Source: Escherichia phage EcWhh-1. From it: 64,000 bases of DNA. A program made the position numbers and the translations under genes. The stretch is taken from sequence record MH791409.1; one strand, given 5' to 3'. Of this stretch, positions 9,162 through 19,118 are shown piece after piece (the first letter of the stretch is position 1; every line of letters starts with the position of its first letter). The notes beneath the pieces are model-generated. The model ran no database searches and had not been told where the DNA came from. It saw only the letters and a list, made by a program, of their open reading frames with translations.

Positions 9162-9734
9162 TCAACTCGTTATTTCTATCCAGTGCTTCCTGCACAATGA
9201 CACGTAAGAATCGTTGCCACCTATAGAAACTTGGGCTCCGTCCTTAATTGCGATACCATCTTGGATACGAGCCGTCATAGTAGCTTTACGGCCGCAATGG
9301 CACACACCTTTGTACTCAACGAGTTTATCTGCCGTAGCGAGTAATTCAGCAGAGCCAGGAAACAGTTTACCCTGAAAATCAGTTCTTAGTCCATAGCACA
9401 TAACTGGAACATTATAATTGTCTACTATCTTTGCCAGTTGTTTTATCTGTACAGGTTCTAAGAATTGTGCTTCATCCACAAACACACAGTGGATATCTTT
9501 TTGAGATTCAGCCCAACGATAGAACTCGTATAGGTCCATATCCGGAGTCACTGCATTAGCCTCTTGGCTAATCCCTATACGAGATGAAATGCTATGGCTT
9601 GATTCTCTATTGTCTATCGCAGGCTTTAAAAGGAGTACGCCCATACCACGTTCTTTGTAGTTATGAGCGGCTGTTAGCAATGAAGCGGTCTTCCCGGAAT
9701 TCATTGCTGCGTAGTGAAAATAAAGTTGGGCCAT
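9162..9734 (-). CDS. tk: thymidine kinase
   Basis: P-loop AMNSGKT, C-terminal Cys cluster typical of TK; position matches T4 tk. Confidence 0.9.
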   Translation of the reverse strand: MAQLYFHYAAMNSGKTASLLTAAHNYKERGMGVLLLKPAIDNRESSHSISSRIGISQEANAVTPDMDLYEFYRWAESQKDIHCVFVDEAQFLEPVQIKQLAKIVDNYNVPVMCYGLRTDFQGKLFPGSAELLATADKLVEYKGVCHCGRKATMTARIQDGIAIKDGAQVSIGGNDSYVSLCRKHWIEITS

Positions 9735-9743
9735 ATTACCTTC

Positions 9744-9950
9744 TTAAAGACTATTTACATAAGCTATTAATTCATTTTCTTTCTCATCAAATCGATTGGC
9801 AAATTCTTCCTGGTGTTCGGCATCTATAGGGCCATATTCATCATAAAAAGAATTTGCTTCTGCATGCTCATCCAAAAGCTCATGGATAAGCTCAAATAAT
9901 TTATCTTTCTGTTCTTTACTCAGACTCATAACCATTGCACCTTTAAGCAA
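9744..9950 (-). CDS. hypothetical small acidic protein
   Basis: ORF in operon. Confidence 0.45.
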   Translation of the reverse strand: MLKGAMVMSLSKEQKDKLFELIHELLDEHAEANSFYDEYGPIDAEHQEEFANRFDEKENELIAYVNSL

Positions 9951-10138
9951 TATTCTTCTACATGATGTTTACGTTTATTTTTATCTATAAAAGTATATTC
10001 AACGTATTCACCGATATACCATTTATCGGTGTTGTGTTGACTTTTTATAGGGCATTTAGTTACTCGGGTTTCAGTCCAACGTCGAATAATTTCCGCTTTG
10101 TTTTTAGGGTCAAACGGATGTGGGTAATGGGCTTTCAT
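9926..10138 (-). CDS. hypothetical small protein
   Basis: ORF in operon. Confidence 0.45.
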   Translation of the reverse strand: MKAHYPHPFDPKNKAEIIRRWTETRVTKCPIKSQHNTDKWYIGEYVEYTFIDKNKRKHHVEEYCLKVQWL

Positions 10139-10577
10139 AATCTACCACCACTAAATTAATATCAGGAGTAAACAAATTAATCAATTGATAAACCTTGTCC
10201 CAATCACCACCAGCAATACCACAACCGATACGAGGGATATAAATTCTTGGTTTAAACAAAAGACCCTTTGCGGTACGGTTTAATTCTATCATACAGTTTA
10301 CTAAAGCACCGTAATCAAGATTAGGACCTGGTTCGTATTGGGTGTATAAATTATAGCAAATTTGGCCCTTATTACCTGTGGCTTGAGTAAACGTGCCAAG
10401 TTTTTCCAAATGGCCTAAATAAGTGGTTTTATCGATAGCGAGAATAGGCGGATAAGCCTTAGCCAATTGTCCGGCTACACCTGAACCCATTGTGTGGAAA
10501 CAGTTGCACCCGTGCGCAACATTATTGCCTTGAAGAAACAGGGCGACGATATCGCCCTTAATATAATCAATAATCAT
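10110..10577 (-). CDS. macro-domain (ADP-ribose binding/hydrolase-like) protein
   Basis: NNVAHGCNCFHTMGSGVAGQL and RIGCGIAGG resemble macro-domain Gly-rich loops. Confidence 0.55.
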   Translation of the reverse strand: MIIDYIKGDIVALFLQGNNVAHGCNCFHTMGSGVAGQLAKAYPPILAIDKTTYLGHLEKLGTFTQATGNKGQICYNLYTQYEPGPNLDYGALVNCMIELNRTAKGLLFKPRIYIPRIGCGIAGGDWDKVYQLINLFTPDINLVVVDYESPLPTSV

Positions 10578-10930
10578 TTAGAGTTTAATCCTCGATTGTA
10601 AGAATCGACGAGTCTGTCTACCATAGACGCGCACATTTCTTTGTACTTTTTATCAGATGGAATACATTCAGTAACGTTTAGACGTTGCTCGTATCTTTTA
10701 GAAAGAGTTTTCTCTTTCATTCGGCGATGCTCTACGTCGTTCTGGCCATCTTTAAAAGCAGCTGTGATTTTTGAACTGAATTCGATAACGCATTCAGTAT
10801 TACTTGGATGACAATAATCTTTTGCTGTACGGGTAGCATACTCGACAATTGAATTATTGCTATCATCAACTTGTGACGCTAATACTCCCGGAGCTATCAA
10901 CATAAGCGCTATAGTCATCTGCTTAATCAT
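10574..10930 (-). CDS. secreted/periplasmic protein with signal peptide
   Basis: N-terminal hydrophobic signal-like segment, several Cys. Confidence 0.5.
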   Translation of the reverse strand: MIKQMTIALMLIAPGVLASQVDDSNNSIVEYATRTAKDYCHPSNTECVIEFSSKITAAFKDGQNDVEHRRMKEKTLSKRYEQRLNVTECIPSDKKYKEMCASMVDRLVDSYNRGLNSK

Positions 10931-11470
10931 TTAATATACCGCCTCAAACATCTTTTTAGATTTTAGGTAATTGGCCTTTTCTAGAACTTCAGAAGCATAT
11001 TTACTGCCTGCTTTGACGTTCCAGCCCGCATTATAAGAAGCAATCGCTTTTCTCAGGTCACCTTTGTGAACATCAATCCAATAAGACAGTTCAATGTAGG
11101 CCCAAGAGGCACTGTTCTGTCGTTTTTGGACCATACGAATTATTTCTTTGTCTGACATCTTCCAACCTACCTGTTGAACACGACTTCTTAACGTAGGCAA
11201 GTAATTTTGGAACATGCCATAAGCATGGTGCTTATCTTTATTTAAACCTTGATTAATTCCGGCTGATGATTCCTGCCATAGTAATCCGGCCATGATATAT
11301 CCTAATCCTTTTTGATTAGGGTTTTCTTTGAACTTTCCCGACTTTTGGTATTGTTCACCGAAAGCATACGCATAATGTAAATTATCGAGTTGTTCATTAC
11401 TGAAAGTAGGCTCTACGCTATAGGCAGACATACTAACTGTCAATAGTAAAGTGGCTAATACTTTTTTCAT
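10931..11470 (-). CDS. lytic transglycosylase-like (SLT domain) secreted protein
   Basis: Signal peptide; WQESS...GMFQ...YNAG motifs typical of SLT domains. Confidence 0.6.
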   Translation of the reverse strand: MKKVLATLLLTVSMSAYSVEPTFSNEQLDNLHYAYAFGEQYQKSGKFKENPNQKGLGYIMAGLLWQESSAGINQGLNKDKHHAYGMFQNYLPTLRSRVQQVGWKMSDKEIIRMVQKRQNSASWAYIELSYWIDVHKGDLRKAIASYNAGWNVKAGSKYASEVLEKANYLKSKKMFEAVY

Positions 11471-11482
11471 GAGACCTCATTA

Positions 11483-11941
11483 TTAAAGATAGATTACTTT
11501 CGTGCTGGTTTTACCTTCTAAACGTTTAGAGTTAACAAATGCCATACGACATTTTAATGAATATCCTTTATCAGGATGTTTACGATCTACGGTCATACCC
11601 AACCATAAGGTTTTATCGGTAATCTCGAGACGCAGCGGACGATACACCTTACCTGGGACAATTTCGGATTCTACATCAGGCAGAGGTTCCTGGATTAAGA
11701 ATTCATGGATTTCTTTAACATGGTTATGGAGTTGCTTGAATAAAGCAAAAACGTATTTTTCGTCGATTTCACGTTGGATAGCACGGTCCAACAAATGATT
11801 GGAGTACTTAATAAAGAAGGCTGGGACTCCGCTCTTAATGGCGGCTTTTTTGATGGACGCATTCAGTTCACGGAATTCGGTTTCAAACTGACGACGTAAT
11901 TTGTTGCGGCGGATGAATACTTCTGAATTAATTTCTGACAT
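11483..11941 (-). CDS. regB: RegB site-specific endoribonuclease
   Basis: High similarity to recalled T4 RegB (EVFIRRNKLRR...HLLDRAIQREIDE...LWLG). Confidence 0.85.
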   Translation of the reverse strand: MSEINSEVFIRRNKLRRQFETEFRELNASIKKAAIKSGVPAFFIKYSNHLLDRAIQREIDEKYVFALFKQLHNHVKEIHEFLIQEPLPDVESEIVPGKVYRPLRLEITDKTLWLGMTVDRKHPDKGYSLKCRMAFVNSKRLEGKTSTKVIYL

Positions 11942-11957
11942 TTTGTAATCTCCTGTA

Positions 11958-11999
11958 GTTGATAGGTTTATAGTATCATGTCTACAGGAGATGTAAACT
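11958..11999 (-). promoter_or_regulatory. early promoter element
   Basis: GATAGGTTTATAGTATCAT plus TGTAAAC; inverted repeat CTCCTGTAG/CTACAGGAG. Confidence 0.55.
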
Positions 12000-12002
12000 G
12001 CT

Positions 12003-12254
12003 TTATTCTTGGAATGGGGTAAGTTTTCCAGCAGCTGAACAAATTTCTACCAGTACAGGGTAAAACTCTTTCACTTGTTCAAGGCGTTGGGCTGCATACT
12101 GTACTTCGCCTTCTTCGAGACAAGCCATTTGGTCGTCAAGCAAGTATTTGTGGTAACCAGTACAGGCTTCACCGATGATACGTTGGAAATCTTGCAAACT
12201 TTCAATTTTCATCAGTATTTTTCCTCGGGTTGGAAAACGGAACGACATGCCCAC
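12003..12254 (-). CDS. hypothetical small protein (start uncertain)
   Basis: ORF in operon. Confidence 0.4.
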   Translation of the reverse strand: MGMSFRFPTRGKILMKIESLQDFQRIIGEACTGYHKYLLDDQMACLEEGEVQYAAQRLEQVKEFYPVLVEICSAAGKLTPFQE

Positions 12255-12490
12255 ATGCTTGCTTCTTTCAAGCGTTCGATTGCTGTACGAATCTGGGCTA
12301 GGCGTTCATGGGTGAGGTTGAATTCTTCATCACTCATTTTATCAACACCCGAGCATGTAAAGGCTTCAACATATTCTTCTTCCAAGGCTTTAAAGATTAA
12401 CCCTAATCGAACTTCAGCATCTTTAATCGCGTTCACTTTACCGATTTTATCGTCGGTATGCGGCTTATAACCCTTAATATCTTCAATCAT
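12212..12490 (-). CDS. hypothetical small protein
   Basis: ORF in operon. Confidence 0.45.
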   Translation of the reverse strand: MIEDIKGYKPHTDDKIGKVNAIKDAEVRLGLIFKALEEEYVEAFTCSGVDKMSDEEFNLTHERLAQIRTAIERLKEASMWACRSVFQPEEKY

Positions 12491-12705
12491 TTCGCTTCCT
12501 CATCAGATGCAATATCGTATTCAACTAAATGAATCCCATCATATCCACCACGAACAGAGATATATGTGCTAGGATAAACGGTTTCTTTACCGTTCCATTG
12601 TCCACCATTCCAACATTCCAAAAAGCCTTGTTCGCCCTGTTCGTGGAACCAGTCAACAAACATCTTCAGAGCTTCATCAGAGCCTTCAATTGTCAATTTA
12701 GACAT
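12487..12705 (-). CDS. hypothetical small acidic protein
   Basis: ORF in operon. Confidence 0.45.
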   Translation of the reverse strand: MSKLTIEGSDEALKMFVDWFHEQGEQGFLECWNGGQWNGKETVYPSTYISVRGGYDGIHLVEYDIASDEEAK

Positions 12706-13042
12706 ATTTCTTCCAGTCAGAAATCATATAAATCTCTTGGTCATATGTCAAGAGACTACGAGTTATAATACCCTTACAAGGCCCTGAGATGAACTCGAGG
12801 GTGAAGTAAGGAACCTGTTTCATTAATCGGATGCTCGGGGCATGACATCTAAAACGAGAGCCCTTAAAGGGCCCTGTCATGAATACATATTCTAATGGAT
12901 AGAAATAAGCATACTCGAAATTTTTAGTAAGGTCCTCTCTTCGAACCTTACGTGAGAAATAACAGAACTCAAAAAGTTCTTCATCAGTCATCATTGCATT
13001 CCTATCACAAAGAACAGAGGCAAAGGCTTGTCGCCTTGACAC
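12698..13042 (-). CDS. hypothetical protein (start uncertain)
   Basis: ORF in operon. Confidence 0.45.
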   Translation of the reverse strand: MSRRQAFASVLCDRNAMMTDEELFEFCYFSRKVRREDLTKNFEYAYFYPLEYVFMTGPFKGSRFRCHAPSIRLMKQVPYFTLEFISGPCKGIITRSLLTYDQEIYMISDWKKYV

Positions 13043-13518
13043 ATAAATTTATTAATCATTACCTGGTAAGCTTCATAGAACTTATCCATCGCCGGAAGGC
13101 GCATCGGCTCTTCGATAATAATCAATAATCGAGTAACAGATAGTCCACGATACTTATGGAAATTGTCTTCATCAAGGAAACTGCGCACAGTATCATAGAC
13201 AACAAAACCAGGACCTTCGACTTGGAGATGTGGTTGTGCCTTAGAAACCTGTTTTATTACATTACAAATTTCCCGCGAGCGATGCGAAGAACTTGACATA
13301 ACAATCACATCATTACCTTTGGAAACCCAATCAGCTGCGAACTGAGCAAGGGCACTTGTTTTACCTGTTTGGCGTCCGCCGTCAAGTCGAAGAGTACCAA
13401 ACTCTTGCATTCTTGAAGCTGGTTCATACCAGGTGTATTGGTCTGAGTCTAAACGTTCAATGGCGCGTTCAGCGAAGGCGTGCATTAAGGTTAGATAAAT
13501 GGGAGTTAAAAATTTCAT
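12991..13518 (-). CDS. hypothetical P-loop protein (GGRQTGKTS)
   Basis: Walker A-like motif. Confidence 0.5.
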   Translation of the reverse strand: MKFLTPIYLTLMHAFAERAIERLDSDQYTWYEPASRMQEFGTLRLDGGRQTGKTSALAQFAADWVSKGNDVIVMSSSSHRSREICNVIKQVSKAQPHLQVEGPGFVVYDTVRSFLDEDNFHKYRGLSVTRLLIIIEEPMRLPAMDKFYEAYQVMINKFMCQGDKPLPLFFVIGMQ

Positions 13519-13679
13519 AGTAGTCTCTTAGCGGTGGGGCCGTTCCTTGGCACATTAAGTCGTCCATGTATCCGTATGTAAACCCTTTACCGCACTTGGG
13601 CTCGACCTTATTACAGGTAGGGAAAGGCCCATCACTCAGAGGACGCAACGTTCATGAGGAGAGGGTCGGCTTGCCTTTA

Positions 13680-13979
13680 TTAGAAAGAACCAGAACCTTT
13701 AATTGTGTTCTGACGACCTTTATTTTCTAATTCAGAGTGGTCGATTTCATATGCTTGTGCTACGCCAAAGGCCTTTTTAACTTTAGCTAAAGAACCTTTA
13801 GATGTAACAATATTAAAAGTATTACCTTTGGTAAAATCAACCAAATCGACTTGTACACCCTGTTTACCAAGGCTTGCTACAATAGCGTCAACATATTCTT
13901 GGTCTAAAGTGCCTTGGACTCCAATTTGAAATGCTTTAGGGGCTTTGGCTTCTGTAATAAATTCTTGATAAGTTTTCAT
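13680..13979 (-). CDS. internal protein with capsid targeting sequence (MKTYQEFITEA)
   Basis: N-terminal 10-aa CTS as in T4 IPI/IPII/IPIII, cleaved after Glu by prohead protease gp21. Confidence 0.75.
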   Translation of the reverse strand: MKTYQEFITEAKAPKAFQIGVQGTLDQEYVDAIVASLGKQGVQVDLVDFTKGNTFNIVTSKGSLAKVKKAFGVAQAYEIDHSELENKGRQNTIKGSGSF

Positions 13980-14021
13980 ATTATTCCTTAAGTTGATAGA
14001 AGTATTCTATCACGGATTTAA

Positions 14022-14438
14022 TTAAGCGTAAATAGCCTTACCATAATGTTTGTACCAGGTAGGGCGCTGTGCAATTTTTTCGTCTAAACGGGCTTGTGAA
14101 ATAGCGATAGAAGCTTCGTGAGGAACATAATCACCACGGAATTCCTGAGGAATATCACTAATGTCCTGGACCGTAGTATCCTTGATATTAAAACCACGTT
14201 TTAAACATTCGGCTATAAGCTCAATTTGTCGCTTACGTAAAAATTCAAGCTTATCGTAAAAGAATGTAACATGGCCTGTGCCAAGGATAAAAGTAGGACT
14301 GATTTTAAAATCACGAACACGTTTACCGTTAGCAACATGCTTACGAACTGCACCGAAAACACGTGGTAATTCACGATATTCAGCCATTAAGTGTTGGTCA
14401 GCCAATTCAGATACTAAGGTAAGGTTGATACGAGTCAT
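14022..14438 (-). CDS. denV: endonuclease V, pyrimidine-dimer DNA glycosylase
   Basis: Near-identical to recalled T4 DenV ([29 protein letters not shown]...). Confidence 0.95.
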   Translation of the reverse strand: MTRINLTLVSELADQHLMAEYRELPRVFGAVRKHVANGKRVRDFKISPTFILGTGHVTFFYDKLEFLRKRQIELIAECLKRGFNIKDTTVQDISDIPQEFRGDYVPHEASIAISQARLDEKIAQRPTWYKHYGKAIYA

Positions 14439-14452
14439 TTTTTAATCTCCTG

Positions 14453-14495
14453 TAGTTGATAGGTCTATAGTATCATGCCTACAGGAGAAGTAAAC
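14453..14495 (-). promoter_or_regulatory. early promoter element
   Basis: GATAGGTCTATAGTATCAT plus AGTAAAC; inverted repeat CCTGTAG/CTACAGG. Confidence 0.55.
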
Positions 14496-14894
14496 TTATT
14501 TGTAAGTTTTCATCCAATTCTTAAACAAAGCTGCGACGTCTTTCTCTTTAACGTTCAATTTAACGTCCAGCATTTTGCCACCAGCGGCACGTGTCTGACG
14601 AATCTTAGCCGTACCGGTTTCGCCATTCCACTCAACATAATACTGTCCGGTGTTCATAGCGATACCATCGCCATAGTCTTCGTTCTTAGAAGTAGTGAAT
14701 GCTAACTTCATGGTCTTAGAGACACGGGCCTGCATGCCTGTCTGCAGAGCGTTACGAACGCGAATAACCTGAGGAGTGGCCTGGGTAAGGTTCTCATTCA
14801 GTTCTTCAGTGAACTCTTCGGATTCAAACATCGCCAAAAGTTCTTTAGATGCAGGAATTACATTCTCTGCGATAAATTCATTATAAGTTTTCAT
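14496..14894 (-). CDS. internal protein with capsid targeting sequence ([10 protein letters not shown])
   Basis: CTS at N-terminus; between denV and e, as T4 ipII/ipIII are. Confidence 0.75.
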   Translation of the reverse strand: MKTYNEFIAENVIPASKELLAMFESEEFTEELNENLTQATPQVIRVRNALQTGMQARVSKTMKLAFTTSKNEDYGDGIAMNTGQYYVEWNGETGTAKIRQTRAAGGKMLDVKLNVKEKDVAALFKNWMKTYK

Positions 14895-15375
14895 ATGCTT
14901 TCCAAGTACCTGTTTTAAATGTAGAAATCACGCGCTTAGCACGATTAGGAGTTTGTCTATACCAACGAGATTGAGCCAGGTTAACTGCCGCATCGTCCCA
15001 ACGTTTCTGTTGGAGCATACGTAAAGAGTTAGTGAACCCTGCTACGCCTGCTTCACCCATTTGGAAGACCATGTTAATTAAAGCACAACGACGAACTTCG
15101 TCCAGTACATCATAAACAGGTTTCAATTTAGGATTACGCAGAATAGCTCTACGAGCATTTTCAACCGATCGGTTAAAGAGTTGCTCAGCTTCAGCCATAG
15201 TAATACGACCGTTGCAAACTCGACCCATAAGCTTATCAAGTTCAGCGCGAGCAACATCTTTAGATGGGTTCTTGGTAATCAACTGGCCAATGCCAATAGT
15301 CCAATAACCTTCGGTGTCTTTATAAAGATTTAAATCAAGACCTTCGTCTTGACGTAACATATCAAAAATATCCAT
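14881..15375 (-). CDS. e: endolysin (T4 lysozyme)
   Basis: 164 aa, strong similarity to recalled T4 lysozyme ([13 protein letters not shown]...[13 protein letters not shown]...). Confidence 0.95.
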   Translation of the reverse strand: MDIFDMLRQDEGLDLNLYKDTEGYWTIGIGQLITKNPSKDVARAELDKLMGRVCNGRITMAEAEQLFNRSVENARRAILRNPKLKPVYDVLDEVRRCALINMVFQMGEAGVAGFTNSLRMLQQKRWDDAAVNLAQSRWYRQTPNRAKRVISTFKTGTWKAYENL

Positions 15376-15405
15376 AATACCTCCTGAGTATAGGAGGTAT
15401 TTATA

Positions 15406-15855
15406 TCAAAAGAGCGAATCTAAAACCTTAAACATCGACGGACCCATGACATATTCCCATTGAGGACGTTTAATCAAGGCGAACGCATCGAATTCAGGAA
15501 CCGTGCGACCATCAGGGAACGTATGGTAAGCGGTACATTTGCAATCCTTGAACTGCTCGTGTTCCACAGGCACAGTATATAAGAACAGATGTAGATTCTT
15601 ATTGCTTGAATATTTGAACTCACCTAGGTCTTTCAGGAACGCAGGATCGTATGCTGTGAATCCGATCTCTTCTTCGGTTTCACGCATTGCCGCTTGAATA
15701 GGCTCTTCGCCCGGTTCGACATGGCCTTTAGGAATGTCCCATTTATGACGCATGTTCTCTGGATTACGAGAGCCTGTTACACGACCCATAACTAGTTCTT
15801 TATCAACGGTCATGAATAAAATACCGGCAGATAATTCTTTCGCTTTCTTACTCAT
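15406..15855 (-). CDS. nudE: Nudix hydrolase
   Basis: Nudix box GHVEPGEEPIQAAMRETEEEIGF; table ORF extends to 15930, ATG at ~15855 fits T4 NudE length. Confidence 0.8.
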   Translation of the reverse strand: MSKKAKELSAGILFMTVDKELVMGRVTGSRNPENMRHKWDIPKGHVEPGEEPIQAAMRETEEEIGFTAYDPAFLKDLGEFKYSSNKNLHLFLYTVPVEHEQFKDCKCTAYHTFPDGRTVPEFDAFALIKRPQWEYVMGPSMFKVLDSLF

Positions 15856-16084
15856 CGTCTCGTTCCCATGATTGTTTAAAGATATCTCGTATAATAATTT
15901 CAACACATGTTTCTGTTGACGGACTTTCACTATCAGATATTTGGACCATATAATCAGAAATAGGTCGGAACATATCCAAGTCGCTTTCTAAATCTTCTTT
16001 GATTTTCTCTTCTGATGTTCCGGTGTCATAGGAATACAGATAAGAATCACATGACTCGGATTTAATATAAATTGCAATACTCAT
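15848..16084 (-). CDS. hypothetical small acidic protein
   Basis: ORF in operon. Confidence 0.4.
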   Translation of the reverse strand: MSIAIYIKSESCDSYLYSYDTGTSEEKIKEDLESDLDMFRPISDYMVQISDSESPSTETCVEIIIRDIFKQSWERDDE

Positions 16085-16668
16085 TTACGGCATTCCTCAA
16101 TAAAGGAGTTCAATGTATTTTTCTTGGTGTTATCATCATATACCTTTTTAACTTTAGAAATACGAAAAGGTACTTCGATAACCGAGGTCCATAAAAATGA
16201 CGCAATAAGACCTGAGATAGCCGCAGACATCGCTGAAGCAAATACACAAATAGGCAGGTCATTATCTGTTTTCAGGAAAAACCAAAGGAGTGGAAAAAAT
16301 AATATTCCCATCCAAACATAGAACCTAGAACTCACTAATTTGTCATATTCGTCACTCCATGCACGAAAGCCGTATTTTTTGCTATAACAAATCAATGGGT
16401 CGGGTGTCTGTTCTTTGAGTGGTTCTGGTTGCCAACCGTTTACGATATAGCCCATTTTATATTCCTCAATTAAAAGCCGTTTCATTTCAGCAGTACAACC
16501 GGACCAATCTATCGTACTAGCTGGAATTCCTTCATCGCCATCATCAATATTTCGCCAAGACTTTTTAATAACCATATTCTCACCACTTGGGATAATAATT
16601 CCAGCATTTTCCGACCGACGGATGAAGTTTGCATCAATACCCATACACCCAGGTTCATAAAGGGCCAT
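16081..16668 (-). CDS. membrane protein with C-terminal LNSFIEECRK tail
   Basis: Two hydrophobic helices; C-terminal motif shared with 20925..21314 and 21265..21807. Confidence 0.5.
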   Translation of the reverse strand: MALYEPGCMGIDANFIRRSENAGIIIPSGENMVIKKSWRNIDDGDEGIPASTIDWSGCTAEMKRLLIEEYKMGYIVNGWQPEPLKEQTPDPLICYSKKYGFRAWSDEYDKLVSSRFYVWMGILFFPLLWFFLKTDNDLPICVFASAMSAAISGLIASFLWTSVIEVPFRISKVKKVYDDNTKKNTLNSFIEECRK

Positions 16669-17354
16669 TACCAGCCCTCCATAGGAAATTCCAGATAAAC
16701 TTGAGCATTAACACGGATTTCATTAGTAATCTTTTTAACACGGTCGGTATTACGAGAGACACGACCAAACCAGCGCCAACCGTTACTTACTGCACGAGAA
16801 CCTGTATGCCATGTCTGCCAATCAAACTGGAGTAACGTGCGGTCAGGGGCATCCCACTTGGTTAATTCATTAGACTCAATTTTTTCCAGAACTTCTTTAT
16901 GCCACTGGCGATAGATAAGTTCGCCTTCAGGAATCTGGCTAAATTGTGCAGTTCCGGTTGCAAAATAAGTAGGACACACATCAGCGTTAACAAGACCGAG
17001 AATATGTTCAGAATGGTAACGAGGATTATCATAATCAGGTTGCCCTGCGGTAATAAAGTGCTGGCCAACCGGAATATCCGGACGCGGTACATCATCATGA
17101 TGATAACCTGGGATAGCAGGGTACCAACCAGGCATCAGCATATGAACACGAGAATCAAATACAACCTGGTCGGTGTTCCAATCATCTGGTAGGTTCATGA
17201 TGAAGCTGCGGGTAATAGGTCCGCCATTATCAAAAGCGAAGGCTAACGAGCTGTTGAAGAACATAGGTTCGTTTTTGATTTTATCATTAGAAATTTTACC
17301 AGCGAAACCGCCTACTGCACGAGCTTTAGAATTAAAAGTTTTTGGACCGTTCAT
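16668..17354 (-). CDS. hypothetical protein, 228 aa
   Basis: ORF in operon; His/Asp-rich region, function not assignable. Confidence 0.5.
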   Translation of the reverse strand: MNGPKTFNSKARAVGGFAGKISNDKIKNEPMFFNSSLAFAFDNGGPITRSFIMNLPDDWNTDQVVFDSRVHMLMPGWYPAIPGYHHDDVPRPDIPVGQHFITAGQPDYDNPRYHSEHILGLVNADVCPTYFATGTAQFSQIPEGELIYRQWHKEVLEKIESNELTKWDAPDRTLLQFDWQTWHTGSRAVSNGWRWFGRVSRNTDRVKKITNEIRVNAQVYLEFPMEGW

Positions 17355-17368
17355 AATATTTTCCTCAC

Positions 17369-17581
17369 TTACTTTTTGTTGAAAAAGTACATTTTACCTT
17401 TAGGGGACAAGGATACACGAAGTGCATTACCAATACCAACTGAACATTTAACCAGGTCAGCAGATTTCAATTCACCAAATGCTTGACGAAGGTCTCCATC
17501 ACGAGTGTTAACCATCAGGCATTTAGCACCAGCTGCACGAACTTCGTTTAACATGTTGATTGCTTGATTAGAAAGTTTCAT
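17369..17581 (-). CDS. hypothetical small protein (start at internal ATG with GGAG SD)
   Basis: Table ORF 17369..17659 would overlap the promoter element; ATGs at ~17593/17581 lie downstream of it. Confidence 0.45.
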   Translation of the reverse strand: MKLSNQAINMLNEVRAAGAKCLMVNTRDGDLRQAFGELKSADLVKCSVGIGNALRVSLSPKGKMYFFNKK

Positions 17582-17606
17582 TTTATTCTCCATTTCACTC
17601 TGTTGT

Positions 17607-17648
17607 TTTGATAGGTCTATAGTATCACACCTATAGACCTTGTAAACA
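17607..17648 (-). promoter_or_regulatory. early promoter element
   Basis: GATAGGTCTATAGTATCAC plus TGTAAACA. Confidence 0.55.
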
Positions 17649-17659
17649 ATTTTATGCAA

Positions 17660-18619
17660 TTATTTTTCGAAAGGACGAATTAAATGATGGTTATCTTGGA
17701 ATCGTTTGATGTAGTCACTTTCACCTAAAGTCTTGTACATATTAACCACAGCTTGGTAGTTTTCCCATGCATAAGTGCGGAACCAACCTGAAGTGATTGA
17801 GGTACACACTTTCTCAAGAGCCATATAGAAACTTAATGATGGTGAAATATTGAAGTCATTAGGAACCTGTGAACGTTCTAGTGCCAGGACACAAGTTTCT
17901 TCATATACACCAGCCAGTTTAATAGCTTCAGGCAAAGCCTCGAACTTCTCACGAGAGGTCATGACTTCAGAACCTTCCTTCATATAAAAGGTATATGCAG
18001 GGCGCCCTGCCAATGCCACTGCTTCATGGATAGAGTCGTGGTCTAGCGTATAAATGGTATCGTTAAAGAACGATGATTTGTTTACATCCAATTTAGGGTG
18101 CTTGTAGCTCAACGTTTCTTTTTGACGTTGCAGCATAATTTCCTGGAGTTCTTCGTTCAGGGTGATACCTTTATTACGAAGGTATTTGATGTGGGACATA
18201 GTTTTCAGGAAGAAAGGATTATTCTTCAGGAAACGATGAGAGGTTTTGATAGCCAGACAGATATCAGGCGTGGCCCAATAAAAGCCTGTCATACGGTCCT
18301 TTTTAATATGATTTTCAGCATATTTTAGGAGACGATAACTTGAGGTGAAATCTTCGTCTTGAAGCTCACCGGTGATTTCTCGTACGTTAGTCAGAGCACG
18401 AACGATATATGCTTCAAAATAGGTTTCTTTACCGTTGTACATGCATTTAAAAGCCTGGACATCAGGGTTATCCACAGGAACATGGGCGCCGAACATCCGA
18501 GCTTTAAAGTGGTTCCATGAGCCTTGGTCGGCAATGAAATCCCAATCAGAATTTTCGATATACTTACTTTCAATCAGACCAGCGTGGTGCAGTGCACGAG
18601 AACCAATAACTAACATCAT
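17660..18619 (-). CDS. hypothetical protein with possible nucleotidyltransferase-fold N-terminus
   Basis: VIGSRA...SDWDF resembles GS...DxD but spacing (17) is atypical. Confidence 0.45.
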   Translation of the reverse strand: MMLVIGSRALHHAGLIESKYIENSDWDFIADQGSWNHFKARMFGAHVPVDNPDVQAFKCMYNGKETYFEAYIVRALTNVREITGELQDEDFTSSYRLLKYAENHIKKDRMTGFYWATPDICLAIKTSHRFLKNNPFFLKTMSHIKYLRNKGITLNEELQEIMLQRQKETLSYKHPKLDVNKSSFFNDTIYTLDHDSIHEAVALAGRPAYTFYMKEGSEVMTSREKFEALPEAIKLAGVYEETCVLALERSQVPNDFNISPSLSFYMALEKVCTSITSGWFRTYAWENYQAVVNMYKTLGESDYIKRFQDNHHLIRPFEK

Positions 18620-18632
18620 AATATTTTCCTCA

Positions 18633-18800
18633 TTAGTAGAGACGAGTTACTTCATATTTACCTAGTTCAGATTTTTTTGCTTCAACACGCGTGGCAGCGA
18701 GATTAGCGGCCTCTAGTGAAGAAAATTGAAGCACTTGTGAAGTATTCTGCCTTACGCCACCTTGTGGGTGAGTAACAAAAACAATAAGAACATTATACAT
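18633..18800 (-). CDS. possible small ORF, 55 aa (below 60-aa table cutoff)
   Basis: ATG with GAGGAAA SD fills an otherwise unannotated 200-bp gap on the coding strand. Confidence 0.3.
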   Translation of the reverse strand: MYNVLIVFVTHPQGGVRQNTSQVLQFSSLEAANLAATRVEAKKSELGKYEVTRLY

Positions 18801-18821
18801 AATATTTTCCTCAGAGTAAAC

Positions 18822-19061
18822 TTAAATTTCGGCAACGTAAGTATTATGCAATTCCCACATATCATCGGAATTACTCTCAACGATAGGAATTATCTCATTA
18901 GAAATTTCTTCTGCATAAGGGTCATTGATACAGTGGGCATCTTCAAAACGAACACCGTAATCAGACTTCTTATAGGCAAAGCCATAAATCTTTTTAAACT
19001 TGGCACGAGTAATGCGTACCGGTTCATTAGACTTATCGGACATCGGAGCGTAATACCACAT
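18822..19061 (-). CDS. hypothetical small protein, 79 aa
   Basis: ATG with GAGGAGAA SD. Confidence 0.5.
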   Translation of the reverse strand: MWYYAPMSDKSNEPVRITRAKFKKIYGFAYKKSDYGVRFEDAHCINDPYAEEISNEIIPIVESNSDDMWELHNTYVAEI

Positions 19062-19077
19062 ATGTTCTCCTCATGTT

Positions 19078-19118
19078 TGTGTAGGGTAATAGTAACACGT
19101 ATTTTTAGAGTTGTACAT
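19078..19118 (-). promoter_or_regulatory. degenerate early promoter element
   Basis: GTAGGGTAATAGTAACAC plus TTGTACA resembles the recurrent element. Confidence 0.35.
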
